A DNA stretch of 64,000 nucleotides from Lacunisphaera sp. (lineage in GTDB: Bacteria > Verrucomicrobiota > Verrucomicrobiia > Opitutales > Opitutaceae), in NCBI GenBank assembly GCA_029945445.1, contig JAQSCO010000014.1:161755-225754 (forward strand), written 5' to 3'. A program made the translations under genes and the position numbers. The notes under the pieces are model-generated. The model did no database searches. It saw only the letters and a list, made by a program, of their open reading frames with translations, and had not been told where the DNA came from. Positions 40,476-50,005 of this stretch are shown here, one piece after another. Every line of letters begins with the position of its first letter. Within the stretch, counting starts at the first letter, position 1.

Positions 40476-40615
40476 GAATAAAGTTTCGTCAGCACCGTGA
40501 GCAGCACGACCCACCCGACGAAAATGCCGGCCACGATCAGGTAGACGGAACGCCAGCGCGGGATGCCCGGCAGGCCGGTGGCGTCGTCTTCGGGTTCGGG
40601 TCCGGGCGAGTTCAT
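40472..40615 (-). CDS. 47-aa single-TM micro-protein coupled to the symporter
   Basis: MNSPGPEPEDDATGLPGIPRWRSVYLIVAGIFVGWVVLLTVLTKLYS*; its TGA overlaps the SSS GTG. Below the ORF-track length cutoff. Confidence 0.75.
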   Translation of the reverse strand: MNSPGPEPEDDATGLPGIPRWRSVYLIVAGIFVGWVVLLTVLTKLYS

Positions 40616-40625
40616 GCGGCTTGGG

Positions 40626-40705
40626 TTGTGGGCGGGGTGCCCTTACCCCGCGAGCTGTGGGCAGCAAACGCGAAAACCAGCGGGGTGAGGGCACCCCGCC
40701 CACAA
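40626..40705. repeat. GTRG-type REP doublet (REPIN-like)
   Basis: TTGTGGGCGGGGTGCCCTTACCCCGC (40626-40651) and inverted copy (40680-40705), 25/26 identical; each unit is GTGG plus a hairpin with a CCCT loop. Confidence 0.85.
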
Positions 40706-40727
40706 AGAGAAGGATAAAGCCCGCAGT

Positions 40728-43199
40728 TCATTTTCCGAGCGAGACGAGATTGGCGAACAGCCGGTAGGCGCCCGGCACGCCGGCCGGCAGCTGGCGGAAG
40801 AAACCGATGCCGGTGTAGACGTAGTGGCCCTTGCCGTGTTTCGCGACGAGGATGCTGCTCTCGAGCGGCGTCTCGCCCGGGTCGTTCATCGCGAGGATGG
40901 CGGTGTAGTGCTCCTTGTCCCAGCTGCCCGGGAAATACGCGCCGCGTTCCTGCACCCAGCCGTCGAAATCCGCGGGCCCGATCTTGTTGGGCGCATTGAC
41001 CACCGTGTGGTCGGGCGCGAGCACGGTGATGGGGGCTTTCTCATCAGTCACGCGCAGTTGCGGCGCGGGACCCTCGATCGAGAGGGCGTAAGGGCCGAGC
41101 ACGGGCGCGCGCAGGCCGTTGGGCCGGTTGTATTGCGCGACGACGGTGCCACCGGCCTCGACCCAGGCCAGCAGGCCGGGCAGCGCATCCTTGAGATCAT
41201 CGCGCTCGTTGAAGGCTCGCACGCCGATGACGACAGCATCGAGCCCGGCGAGCTTCTCCGGCGTGAGATCGGCGCCGGTCAGACGGCGGACGAAGTAACC
41301 CATCTGCTCAAGGCACTCGGCCACGTAATCGCCGGCGCCAGGCAGGTAGCCGACGTTGAGTCCGCGCGTAGCCAGCTCGAAGCTCGCGACGCGGGCGCGG
41401 GCCGGCGGCTGCAGCAACTGGAGCGGGAGGTGGGCGTAATTGATTTCCTGGCGCTGGTTGGAATATTTGCGACCGGCCACCTCGGCGATCGCGTTAAAGC
41501 GACCGGACCCCGGCGAAGCCGCGGCGGTGACCTGGAACGTGACCAGCGTTTTCTCGCCTACGGTCGTCAGGCGAAAATCCTGCGCGGCCGGCGCGACCTG
41601 CCAGCCCGCGGGCGCCTCGAGGCGGAGCTGGCCGTGGATATTTACCCGGGCCGTGGTGACCTCGATGGTCACGGCCTTGGTTTTGCCCGGCGCGACAAGG
41701 TAGATCTCGGAGCTGAACGCCAGCGAGACCGGCGGGATGACGGCAAGCGGGCGGCGGCTCGCTTCACCGGGCCGGGCGTGCAGCGGTTGCACGGGCACGT
41801 CCGCCACCACGAGGGTCTGACCCCCGACGGTGAAGACATGCTCGAGCGGGACGGGCGGCGGGCTCTCGGCCCGGCCGATGAGCGACGGATCGTCCACGCG
41901 GGAAATGCCCGCGGCGCCGTCGGCGCGCAGCCAATAGGGCTGGGTGAAGGGAGTCTCCAGCGGCAGCACGCCGGTCAATTCGCCGGGCTGAGAGCTGGAA
42001 AGTTTCAACGCGGAACTCCGCGACTCGACATAGCGCACGTTTCCGGCCGTGGATTTATAGGTGAAGGACAACACGAGCGGTTCGCCCGGCACGACCTCGG
42101 CGTTGGCGATGATGGTTTCGACCTGGAGCCCGAGGCACGCCTGCAGGATGCGGTCGAGTTGCGCGCGCTTGTCGGCGACAAGCGGGTCGGTGGGCAGCGC
42201 GGCGAGCTTGGCGCGGATCGCCAGCAGGGCAGGCACGGCGGCGGCGGGATCCTCGGCCTTGAACTGCGCGAGGGCGTCCGCGGCGAGCGAACCGATCCCG
42301 GCGCCACCGGGCACGCGGGCCCACGTGACGTCGACACCGTCCATCAGGTCGTTCACGGCGGGCGCCCCACCTAGCAGCAGGAAGGTTTGCAGGTTCGGCC
42401 CCGTCGCGGTGCGGTTGGAAAATCCGCCGAGGCCCTGCGTCTTGTGCATGCCGCGGCTGAGGTTGGCGATGGTGCCGAAGGTCTGGCCGCTCACGGGGTC
42501 GGTGCCGGCGATGTCCAGTTTCACGGTCGGGCCGCTCAGGCCGGCGACGGGGCCGCCGAAGGAATTCCAGACGACGCGTTTTGGCTGCCACACGGTGAGG
42601 CCCTGCGCGAGCTGCTCGGGATAGGCCAGGGGATCGCCCGCGAGCTTGAAGGCCTCGACGGCGAGGATGGCCGAGGCGGTGTGATGGCCGTGGCCGCCAC
42701 TGCCGGGGGGGACGGGAAAGCGCGTGACGATGACGTCGGGCCGGAACTGGCGGATGATGCGGACGACGTCGCCGAGCACCGCGTCGCGGTCCCAGAAACG
42801 CAGCGTTTCCTCGGAGGACTTGGAGTAGCCGAAGTCAATGGCGCGGGTGAAGAACTGCCGGCCGTGGTCGAAGCGGCGCGCGGCGAGCAGTTCCTGCGTG
42901 CGGGCGACGCCGAGCTTCTCGTCGAAGTCGCGGCCGAGTTCGTTCTGGCCGCCGTCGCCGCGCGTCAGCGAGAGGTAGGCCGCGCGGTAGCCGCGGCCGA
43001 GCGAGAGGTAGGTGATGAGCTGGGTGTTCTCGTCGTCGGGATGCGCGCCGATGTGGAGCACGGTGCCCAGGGTGCCGAAGCTCTTCAAGTCCTGCGCGAT
43101 CGCGGCAGGGGCAGGGGTCTCGGCTGCCGGGAGCGATGCGGCGAGAACGAGCGCGGCGCCGACGAGGGCCGGAAATCGACGCCAATGCAGGGGAAGCAT
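40728..43199 (-). CDS. Exported multidomain PIG-L/LmbE-family deacetylase
   Basis: Signal peptide; HIGAHPDDEN, TRGDGGQN, FTRAIDFGYSK, GHGHH; central Ig-like region; C-terminal class I glutamine amidotransferase-like region. Confidence 0.88.
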   Translation of the reverse strand: MLPLHWRRFPALVGAALVLAASLPAAETPAPAAIAQDLKSFGTLGTVLHIGAHPDDENTQLITYLSLGRGYRAAYLSLTRGDGGQNELGRDFDEKLGVARTQELLAARRFDHGRQFFTRAIDFGYSKSSEETLRFWDRDAVLGDVVRIIRQFRPDVIVTRFPVPPGSGGHGHHTASAILAVEAFKLAGDPLAYPEQLAQGLTVWQPKRVVWNSFGGPVAGLSGPTVKLDIAGTDPVSGQTFGTIANLSRGMHKTQGLGGFSNRTATGPNLQTFLLLGGAPAVNDLMDGVDVTWARVPGGAGIGSLAADALAQFKAEDPAAAVPALLAIRAKLAALPTDPLVADKRAQLDRILQACLGLQVETIIANAEVVPGEPLVLSFTYKSTAGNVRYVESRSSALKLSSSQPGELTGVLPLETPFTQPYWLRADGAAGISRVDDPSLIGRAESPPPVPLEHVFTVGGQTLVVADVPVQPLHARPGEASRRPLAVIPPVSLAFSSEIYLVAPGKTKAVTIEVTTARVNIHGQLRLEAPAGWQVAPAAQDFRLTTVGEKTLVTFQVTAAASPGSGRFNAIAEVAGRKYSNQRQEINYAHLPLQLLQPPARARVASFELATRGLNVGYLPGAGDYVAECLEQMGYFVRRLTGADLTPEKLAGLDAVVIGVRAFNERDDLKDALPGLLAWVEAGGTVVAQYNRPNGLRAPVLGPYALSIEGPAPQLRVTDEKAPITVLAPDHTVVNAPNKIGPADFDGWVQERGAYFPGSWDKEHYTAILAMNDPGETPLESSILVAKHGKGHYVYTGIGFFRQLPAGVPGAYRLFANLVSLGK

Positions 43200-43208
43200 G
43201 ACGTGCGG

Positions 43209-43817
43209 TTATTTTTTAACGGTGTAGCTGACGGAATACTGCGTCGTCTCCCACGCCAGCTTGAGCACGGCGCCGCCGGCGGGATTTTTCTCCAGGGCCA
43301 TGACAAACTGGTCCAGCGAGGTGTTGAGCGGGTCTTTCTTCAGGTCGATGCGGGCGAGCTCGTTTGCCTCGTGGTAGGGATCGACGCCCCACTGGCCAGA
43401 CTCCTTGTTGACGACGAGTTTCGCGCTGCCGTCCGCCAGGGGCACGGTGAAGAGCGTGTAGGTGCCGGCGGGGACGACCGTGCCGCCAAGGTCGATCGCC
43501 TGCTGCGTGATGAGGGTCGTGGCCTCGTCGGAGCCGGTGCGCCAGACCTTGCCGTAAGGAACGAGGGTGCCCCAGATCTTGCGGATTTCGCCGGACTTCG
43601 GGTCCTTCGAGTAGGGCCGGCCGTAGATGAGCGTGACGCGGTTGCCGTCGACCTTGAGGCTGATGATCTCGTGCGGACTCACGCGCGCGCGCGCGGTGGC
43701 GGGAGGCGCGACGGTGGTGGCAGGCGGCGGGACCGGGGCCGCGGCGGCAGGCTGCGCGCAGAGTGAGGTAAACAAGGTGGCGCCGGCGACAGCGGCGAGA
43801 AGGACGCGGGATTTCAT
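43209..43817 (-). CDS. DUF2911 domain exported protein
   Basis: Start ATG 43817. RVSP, YGRP, LVPYGKVWRTGSDEAT, AGTYTLFT.P, QWG. Confidence 0.88.
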   Translation of the reverse strand: MKSRVLLAAVAGATLFTSLCAQPAAAAPVPPPATTVAPPATARARVSPHEIISLKVDGNRVTLIYGRPYSKDPKSGEIRKIWGTLVPYGKVWRTGSDEATTLITQQAIDLGGTVVPAGTYTLFTVPLADGSAKLVVNKESGQWGVDPYHEANELARIDLKKDPLNTSLDQFVMALEKNPAGGAVLKLAWETTQYSVSYTVKK

Positions 43818-43938
43818 GAGGGGATTCCGGGTTGCAGGGCTGGGCGGGATGCGAAGCACCGACGGGGTGACGCCGTCGGTGCAGGGAGGTTGCGGAAGCG
43901 GGCCGTCCGAAACGGACCGGCCCGCGGGGGATGGGCTG

Positions 43939-44832
43939 TTATTTCTGGCTGGCGATGAGGGCTTCGTTCAGGCGGATGTATTCCGTCTTCAGGGCGGCGG
44001 GGGCTTTATCCGCCGGGGCGTTCCGGACCAATTCGAGTGATTTCTGGGCGGCGGCGATAGCCCCGGCCTTGTCGCCCTTTTTCGCGAGCAGCAGGCCCTT
44101 GCGGTAGATCATCCAGAAGGCATCGGGCTGCTCGGCGAGACCGGCCTCCATCCACGCGAGGGCCTTGGTGAGGTCGAGGTTGTTCTCATAATAGAACATC
44201 GCGGCGGGGAAGTAGGGTTTCTTGGGTTCGGCGGAGGCCATGACGGCCTCGATCTGCGGGACGAGGATGTGCGCGACATCGACCTCGATTTTCACCGGCA
44301 CGCGGGTGTTCTCCCAGGTGAGGTAGAGCGTGGCGGCCGACTCGTTGGCGAGGTCATTGAAGGCGATGGAAAGAGTCTCAAAGGTCATGGATGTCTTGCC
44401 GGGAACGGCCTTGACGCGGGCGATGTCGTTCTTGGCGTCGTAGGAGTAGGTGCCCCACTGGCCCGGGATCTTGTTAAGGATCACAGTCCACTCGGTCTCA
44501 CCGGGAATGGAGAAGAGGGCGTAGGTGCCGGCCGGGACGTCGACGCCACCGAACTTCACGGCGGTGCTGAAGGTCATGCGGGTCGCCTGATTGGCGCCGG
44601 TGCGCCAGATCTCGCCGTAGGGCTGGAGCCCGCCGAAGATCTTCCGGCCGCGCATGCTTGGGCGGCCGTAATCGATTGTTATGTCGGTGAGGCCGACGCG
44701 TTGCTTGAGGCTGGCGGCGGGGCTGGGGGCGGGGAACTCGATCTTGGGGGCTGCCGGCTGGGCAAAAAGGCCGGTCACGAGGACCGACCCGGCAAACAAG
44801 GACAGGGCGGGACGTAGCATGCGGGGGATCAT
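43939..44832 (-). CDS. DUF2911 domain exported protein with C-terminal TPR-like helices
   Basis: Start ATG 44832. SPAASLKQRVG, YGRP...GR.IFG.L.PYG.IWRTGAN, AGTYALF, QWG. Confidence 0.88.
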   Translation of the reverse strand: MIPRMLRPALSLFAGSVLVTGLFAQPAAPKIEFPAPSPAASLKQRVGLTDITIDYGRPSMRGRKIFGGLQPYGEIWRTGANQATRMTFSTAVKFGGVDVPAGTYALFSIPGETEWTVILNKIPGQWGTYSYDAKNDIARVKAVPGKTSMTFETLSIAFNDLANESAATLYLTWENTRVPVKIEVDVAHILVPQIEAVMASAEPKKPYFPAAMFYYENNLDLTKALAWMEAGLAEQPDAFWMIYRKGLLLAKKGDKAGAIAAAQKSLELVRNAPADKAPAALKTEYIRLNEALIASQK

Positions 44833-44954
44833 AGCAAGGGTAAGAGAACCCAGCGCGGGAAAAGATTCCAACCAAATCAGGCAAAGCGCGGAAACATTGC
44901 GGTGACGCAAAAGGGCAGCAAAAGCGGCTGCCGGGGGCGGGGCCCGGCGCAGCG

Positions 44955-45935
44955 TCAGGCTGTGCGGGCGAGCGGGCGCAGGTGGGGGAGTTTCCCCACG
45001 GTGCGGTCCAGCCGGTGGCGATAGGCGGAGGGGGATTCACCGACCACGTGGCGGAACACGCGGTTGAACTGGGACAGCGACTGGAATCCTGCATCGTAGG
45101 CCGCCTGGGTGATCCGGACGTGCCGCTGGCGCAGCGACAGCTTGACCTGCTCGATGCGCTGGCGGGCGAGGTGACGGGTGAACGTGAGGCCCGTCTCTCG
45201 CTTGAACATCCGGCAGAAATAAAACTGGCTCAGGTGGACGACCGCGGCCACCGCGGCGACGGTCAATTCCTCGTTGAGGTGCGCGGCGATGAACAGCCGC
45301 GCCTTGGCGATCGGGGGCGACTCCAGCGCGGACTCCGCGAGCATCAGCTGGTTGCCCAGCAGCGCGAGGTGCTGCGAGAAAATCACCAGCAGCCGGAGCA
45401 CGGCGTCGTATTGCGGTGGCGGGAGCACGCGGGTGGCAAGATAGGCGGACCGGAGCCGGGCGACCGCCAGGCTGTCGGGCCGGCCGTGCAGCCGGCGGAG
45501 CAAAGCGGCAAACCGCGCCGAGGTGGGCGGGTGCGACAGCACCGGGCCGGTCCGCAGGCAGCCGACGGCGCGCAACCCGAGCCGGATCGGCACGGCGGAC
45601 TCGCGGAGACCCGCGGGGCAGGCGAGCACGAGGGTTTCGCGCGCGCGGCCGGCCGCGTTCCACGGCGCGTCGGGAATATCGGTGGAGTTCGCCTGGTCCT
45701 GCGCGGCGAGGAGCAGGCAGTAGGCGCTGAGCTGCTCCGACTCCGGGAGCGGAGCGAAGACCGCCCCGGCCGGCTGGAGCACCAGCGGCAATCCGGTCGT
45801 CGCCCGGAAGGCCCGCTGGTAATCCTGAAAGATGGGCGACGCCTCAAGGCGCGCGAGCAAGTCATGATCGCCCTGCCCGGGGTCAACCTTACTCGCCGCA
45901 AAAGCGGGGCACGCGCGATAGAGGTGGATGATCAT
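44955..45935 (-). CDS. AraC-family regulator with PocR-type sensor domain
   Basis: N-terminal F..ATGLPL, CPAGL.ESAVPI, TGPV; C-terminal HLSQFYFCRMFK, AAYDAGFQSLSQFNRVF. Exact start uncertain. Confidence 0.85.
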   Translation of the reverse strand: MIIHLYRACPAFAASKVDPGQGDHDLLARLEASPIFQDYQRAFRATTGLPLVLQPAGAVFAPLPESEQLSAYCLLLAAQDQANSTDIPDAPWNAAGRARETLVLACPAGLRESAVPIRLGLRAVGCLRTGPVLSHPPTSARFAALLRRLHGRPDSLAVARLRSAYLATRVLPPPQYDAVLRLLVIFSQHLALLGNQLMLAESALESPPIAKARLFIAAHLNEELTVAAVAAVVHLSQFYFCRMFKRETGLTFTRHLARQRIEQVKLSLRQRHVRITQAAYDAGFQSLSQFNRVFRHVVGESPSAYRHRLDRTVGKLPHLRPLARTA

Positions 45936-45953
45936 GTCAGCAGGCCGGACCGC

Positions 45954-46985
45954 CTAGTTGGTGAGGATCACCTTCAGCGCGCGTTCCCGGGCGGCGTTGC
46001 CGAAGACATCGTAGGCTTTCATGATCTCGTTGAGCGGGAACCGGTGCGTGATGAGCTGCGCGGGTTTCACTTTGCCGGACCGGACCGTCTTCATCAGCAG
46101 CGGGATGGTCACGGTGTCGACGAGACGGGTCGTGAGGGTGAGGTTGCGGTCCCAGAGTGATTCCAGGTGCAGCTCGACGCTCCGGCCGTGCACGCCGATG
46201 TTGGCGAGGTGGCCGCCGGCCGCGACGATGTCCTGGCAGATCTGGAAGGTCGCGGGCAGGCCCACGGCCTCGATAGCCACGTCGACACCCTTGCCGCCGG
46301 TGAGCTTCATGATCTTGGCTGCGGCGTTGGTGGTGACGGTGTGAGTGGCCCCGAAGGTTTTTGCCACCTCGAGGCGGTTTTCGTCCAGGTCGACCATGAT
46401 GATGACTGCGGGGGCATAGAACTGGGCGGTGAGCAACGTGGAGAGGCCCACGGGCCCGGCGCCGATGATCGCCACCGTGTCGCCGGGCTTGATGCAGCCG
46501 TTGAGCACGCCGCATTCGAAGCCGGTCGGCAGGATGTCGCTCACCATCACGAGCGGTTCCTCGTCGGTGACATCCGCGGGAATGTGGTGGAGGCTGCCGT
46601 CCGCATGCGGGATCCGCACGAATTCCGCCTGGGTGCCGTCGATGAGATACCCGAGAATCCAGCCGCCGTCGGCGCAATGCGAGGGCATGCCCCGTTTGCA
46701 CTCGGGGCATTTGCCGCAGGAGGTGACGCATGAGATCACCACGCGGTCCCCGGGCTTGAAATTCGTCACGGCCGCCCCGGCCTCGACCACGACGCCCACG
46801 CCTTCGTGGCCCAGGGTGAGTCCGTCCACGACCTTCGGCAGGTCGCCCTTCATGATGTGGAGATCGGTGCCGCAGATCGTGGTCTTGGAAATGCGGATGA
46901 TCGCATCCGTCGGTTTCCGCAGGGCAGGCTGGGGTTTTTCCTCCCAGGCGCGGTGGTTCGCGCCATGATAGACCAGTGCTCTCAT
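45954..46985 (-). CDS. Zinc-dependent alcohol dehydrogenase (MDR family)
   Basis: ICGTDLH, GHEG.G, structural Zn CGKCPEC...C, GAGPVG. Confidence 0.92.
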   Translation of the reverse strand: MRALVYHGANHRAWEEKPQPALRKPTDAIIRISKTTICGTDLHIMKGDLPKVVDGLTLGHEGVGVVVEAGAAVTNFKPGDRVVISCVTSCGKCPECKRGMPSHCADGGWILGYLIDGTQAEFVRIPHADGSLHHIPADVTDEEPLVMVSDILPTGFECGVLNGCIKPGDTVAIIGAGPVGLSTLLTAQFYAPAVIIMVDLDENRLEVAKTFGATHTVTTNAAAKIMKLTGGKGVDVAIEAVGLPATFQICQDIVAAGGHLANIGVHGRSVELHLESLWDRNLTLTTRLVDTVTIPLLMKTVRSGKVKPAQLITHRFPLNEIMKAYDVFGNAARERALKVILTN

Positions 46986-47094
46986 GAAGGGGCCTTAAGT
47001 TCGTGGATTGCGGACGGTGCAGGACGCACCATCCGTCCCAGCATGCCGGTTCCAGCCGGCACCTGCCATGGGTTGTAAACCTACCGTGACCGGA

Positions 47095-47628
47095 TCAGCG
47101 GGCGCGGAAATTGCGCACAAAGCGCTTCATGCCGAACTGCCAGCCGGACAGGCCGTAGGCCTGCGCCTCGGCCAGGGCGCGCTCGGCCGTCCAGCCGTCA
47201 TGCCGGATCCGATAGCAGGCCACGATGGTACCCGTCCGGTCCGCGCCGTGCTGGCAATGTAGAAACACCGGGGCGGGCGCCGAGGCGAGGAGCGACAGCA
47301 CGCGTGCCACGGCGGCGGCGTCCGGCGCGCTCCAACCGGGCAGCGGCACGCTCACATAGCCGAGGCCCAGCCGGCGCGCAGCCGCTTCCTCACCGGGCGC
47401 GACATCCGCGGCCATGCGCAGGTTGATGATCGTCGCCACCCCCAGCTTTTTCAAGGTGGCGAGGCCGCGCTCATCGGGTTGCGCCCCGCGCCAAAGCGCG
47501 GGGCTCACCCGGCCGAAATTGGCGAGGCCCTCGGACGCCGGCACGCCGCGCTGGCCGCTCGCGCAACCGGCGGTGAGCAGGGCCAGAGCGGAAACCCCGG
47601 CGACCAACCAGCGAAATTTTGAGAGCAC
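47095..47628 (-). CDS. Dual-specificity/tyrosine phosphatase family lipoprotein
   Basis: NFGRV, RGAQP, P-loop HCQHGADRTG; lipobox LTAGC. Confidence 0.88.
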   Translation of the reverse strand: MLSKFRWLVAGVSALALLTAGCASGQRGVPASEGLANFGRVSPALWRGAQPDERGLATLKKLGVATIINLRMAADVAPGEEAAARRLGLGYVSVPLPGWSAPDAAAVARVLSLLASAPAPVFLHCQHGADRTGTIVACYRIRHDGWTAERALAEAQAYGLSGWQFGMKRFVRNFRAR

Positions 47629-47660
47629 AGCCGCAGCCTATACGGCCGGGCCGCGGGCTG

Positions 47661-49913
47661 TCACTCCCGGACGGTTGTTTCGGCCCCGCGGCTCCGCCAG
47701 ATTCCGAGCAGCAGCAACGCGGTGGCGGCGGAAACCGCCAGGCCGGCGAGGCGGCCTTCCTGCTCGTAGCGCAGCCGCACCAGCGAATGCCCGGCCGGGA
47801 CCGCGACCCCGCGCATCCAGCCGTTCACGGGCCGGCAGGGGACGTCCCGCCCGTCGATCGACGCGCGCCAGCCGGGATACCACGCCTCCGCCACGACCAG
47901 CACGGCGGTGCCGGGACTGTCCACGTCGAGCTCGACCGAGTTCAGGGAGAAACGCGGGATGCTCACGGAGCCCGCCGGCTTTTCCGGCGTGACGCTGATC
48001 CCGGCGGCAAACGGCTCCTCCACCAGGACATCCTCATGGAAGCGATGCCCCGCGACCATCCGGGCGATGGCCGTGGCGGCGTCGGGCACGAGGGTCAGGC
48101 GGGTGGCGAGGTAGGCGCGCGGATCGGGCTGCGCATTGAGGCGCAGCGTGCTCGATCCGGCGGGGAGCGACACGGTCAGGCTGACGGCATTCATTTGTTC
48201 GGCCGCGGCATAGATGCGCCCGTCCGGCGTGGTGTTGAAGGCGTGATTCGGCTCGGCCCCCGCCGCGCGGTGCAGGTAGACCCACACCCGTTGCAACGAG
48301 AGCGACTCGAAGCCCGTCAAGGTGGCGTAGCGCCGGACCATGCCGCTGTTGTCGCGGATCATGTCCGGCGGCAGGCACACCCGGGCCGGCGCGGCTGAGC
48401 GATCGAGCCCGCGGCGGTGCAGCGCCTCCTGCACCACGGTTTCAACGGGAAACTCCACCGGAAATCCCGGCAGCTGCTTCAGGCTCCAGATCGCGAGGGC
48501 GAACTGCCCGGCGATCACAGCCGGCAACAACAGGCGGCGGCTGCGGGAAACGGCCGGGGATTGTCCGTCGTTCCGGCCGAGCCACAGCCACCAGCCTCCG
48601 ACCGAGGCCGCCAGCCAGACGAGCTGGGTGATCAGCCACGACGGGCCACCGGGCAATCCCGCGAGCCGGCGGACATAGTAGCCGACGACCAGCGCGGCCA
48701 CCAGCAGGCCGGCGAGCAGGACCGGAGTGCGGGTGGACGCATGCGACGGCTTGGTGCCGGCCAGGTATGAAGCGGCGAAGACCAGGCCCAGCACGACCAG
48801 CACGCCGGCCCGCGCGGGCACACGGAAACTCGCGAGCCCGGGGAGGATTTTGTAGAGCAGGCCGAAGAAGGGCGTCGCCTCGCCGGCCATGATCAAGGCG
48901 CTCACGATGATCATCAGCCCGGCGCCGCGGATGACGGGCTCGCGCCACCGGGTCAGTGCAACCAGTCCGCCGATGAGGCCGGCCACGCTGAGGTGGATGT
49001 CGTATTCCCAATTCGTCGCCATGGTCCCGCTCGCCGTGGTGAACAGGGACATCCAGTGATCGACGCTCATGGCAAACGAGGCGGAGAACGCCAGCGAGGG
49101 CACCGCCCGGTTGCTTTGCCCGATCAGTCCGGCAAAGGGCACGAGCACAAATCCGATCAGCGCCATCCCGGCCACGCACGCCAGGACCAACCCGCCCGCG
49201 GTGCGCACCCACGCGCGTAGGGCGGCGGGCCACGGCGGCTGCAGCACCAGGCCGGTGACAAACAATCCGGCGCCGAGCGCTGAGAGCCAGAACACCTGCG
49301 GGTGGCAGCTGAGCAATTGCAGCCCCCACACCACGGCCAGCCCGACCCAGCCCCGGCGCGTCGGCGCCTGCGCATAGCGCGCGGCGAGGCCCAGCACGAG
49401 GGGCAGGTAGCACAGCGAATACACATAGTTGACCTGCCCGGCCTGCATCCGCGCCAGCAGCGGGGCGCTGAACAGGAACACCAGCGCGCCACCCCACGCG
49501 GCGGGCCGCGAGTCCGACCACGTTTGCACCAGTTTGGTGAAACCGAGCAACGCGAGCATGCCGTGCAGGAAAGTGATCGCGACAAATCCGGCGCGCACGC
49601 CCAGCACCACGGTCAGCAGCATCGGCGGGTAGAACGACGCCGTCTGCAGATCCGCGAGGAAGGGCCGGCCGAGGCTGGCGTAGGGATTCCACCAGGGCAT
49701 TTCGCCCTGCCGCAGGCTGTCACCGAGAAAATGCAGATACGGCTCGGAGATCCGGACGAAATCCAGCCCCGCGAACGGCGTCGGCCGGACCGCCATCAGC
49801 GCCAGCACCCACAGCAGCGACCCGCCTGCCGCCCACCACCAATCGGCCGCGAGCGGTGGCGCTGGCGGGGCGCCCGAGGCCGGCGGGGAAGATGGCGCCA
49901 AGTTTGCGGGCAC
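47661..49913 (-). CDS. YfhO-family GT-C-like membrane protein
   Basis: PWWNPY...GRPF.AD.Q...FYP, many TM helices, C-terminal EAWYPGW.A.IDG...NGWMRGV.VPAG. Confidence 0.82.
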   Translation of the reverse strand: MPANLAPSSPPASGAPPAPPLAADWWWAAGGSLLWVLALMAVRPTPFAGLDFVRISEPYLHFLGDSLRQGEMPWWNPYASLGRPFLADLQTASFYPPMLLTVVLGVRAGFVAITFLHGMLALLGFTKLVQTWSDSRPAAWGGALVFLFSAPLLARMQAGQVNYVYSLCYLPLVLGLAARYAQAPTRRGWVGLAVVWGLQLLSCHPQVFWLSALGAGLFVTGLVLQPPWPAALRAWVRTAGGLVLACVAGMALIGFVLVPFAGLIGQSNRAVPSLAFSASFAMSVDHWMSLFTTASGTMATNWEYDIHLSVAGLIGGLVALTRWREPVIRGAGLMIIVSALIMAGEATPFFGLLYKILPGLASFRVPARAGVLVVLGLVFAASYLAGTKPSHASTRTPVLLAGLLVAALVVGYYVRRLAGLPGGPSWLITQLVWLAASVGGWWLWLGRNDGQSPAVSRSRRLLLPAVIAGQFALAIWSLKQLPGFPVEFPVETVVQEALHRRGLDRSAAPARVCLPPDMIRDNSGMVRRYATLTGFESLSLQRVWVYLHRAAGAEPNHAFNTTPDGRIYAAAEQMNAVSLTVSLPAGSSTLRLNAQPDPRAYLATRLTLVPDAATAIARMVAGHRFHEDVLVEEPFAAGISVTPEKPAGSVSIPRFSLNSVELDVDSPGTAVLVVAEAWYPGWRASIDGRDVPCRPVNGWMRGVAVPAGHSLVRLRYEQEGRLAGLAVSAATALLLLGIWRSRGAETTVRE

Positions 49914-50005
49914 GAGGACAGGGAAAAGAAAATCGCGGCCGGCTCAAGCGGGATTGGCCGCAAAAACGCCGACCGGTTTAACCGCGACCCAAGGTCGCTC
50001 TGTGC

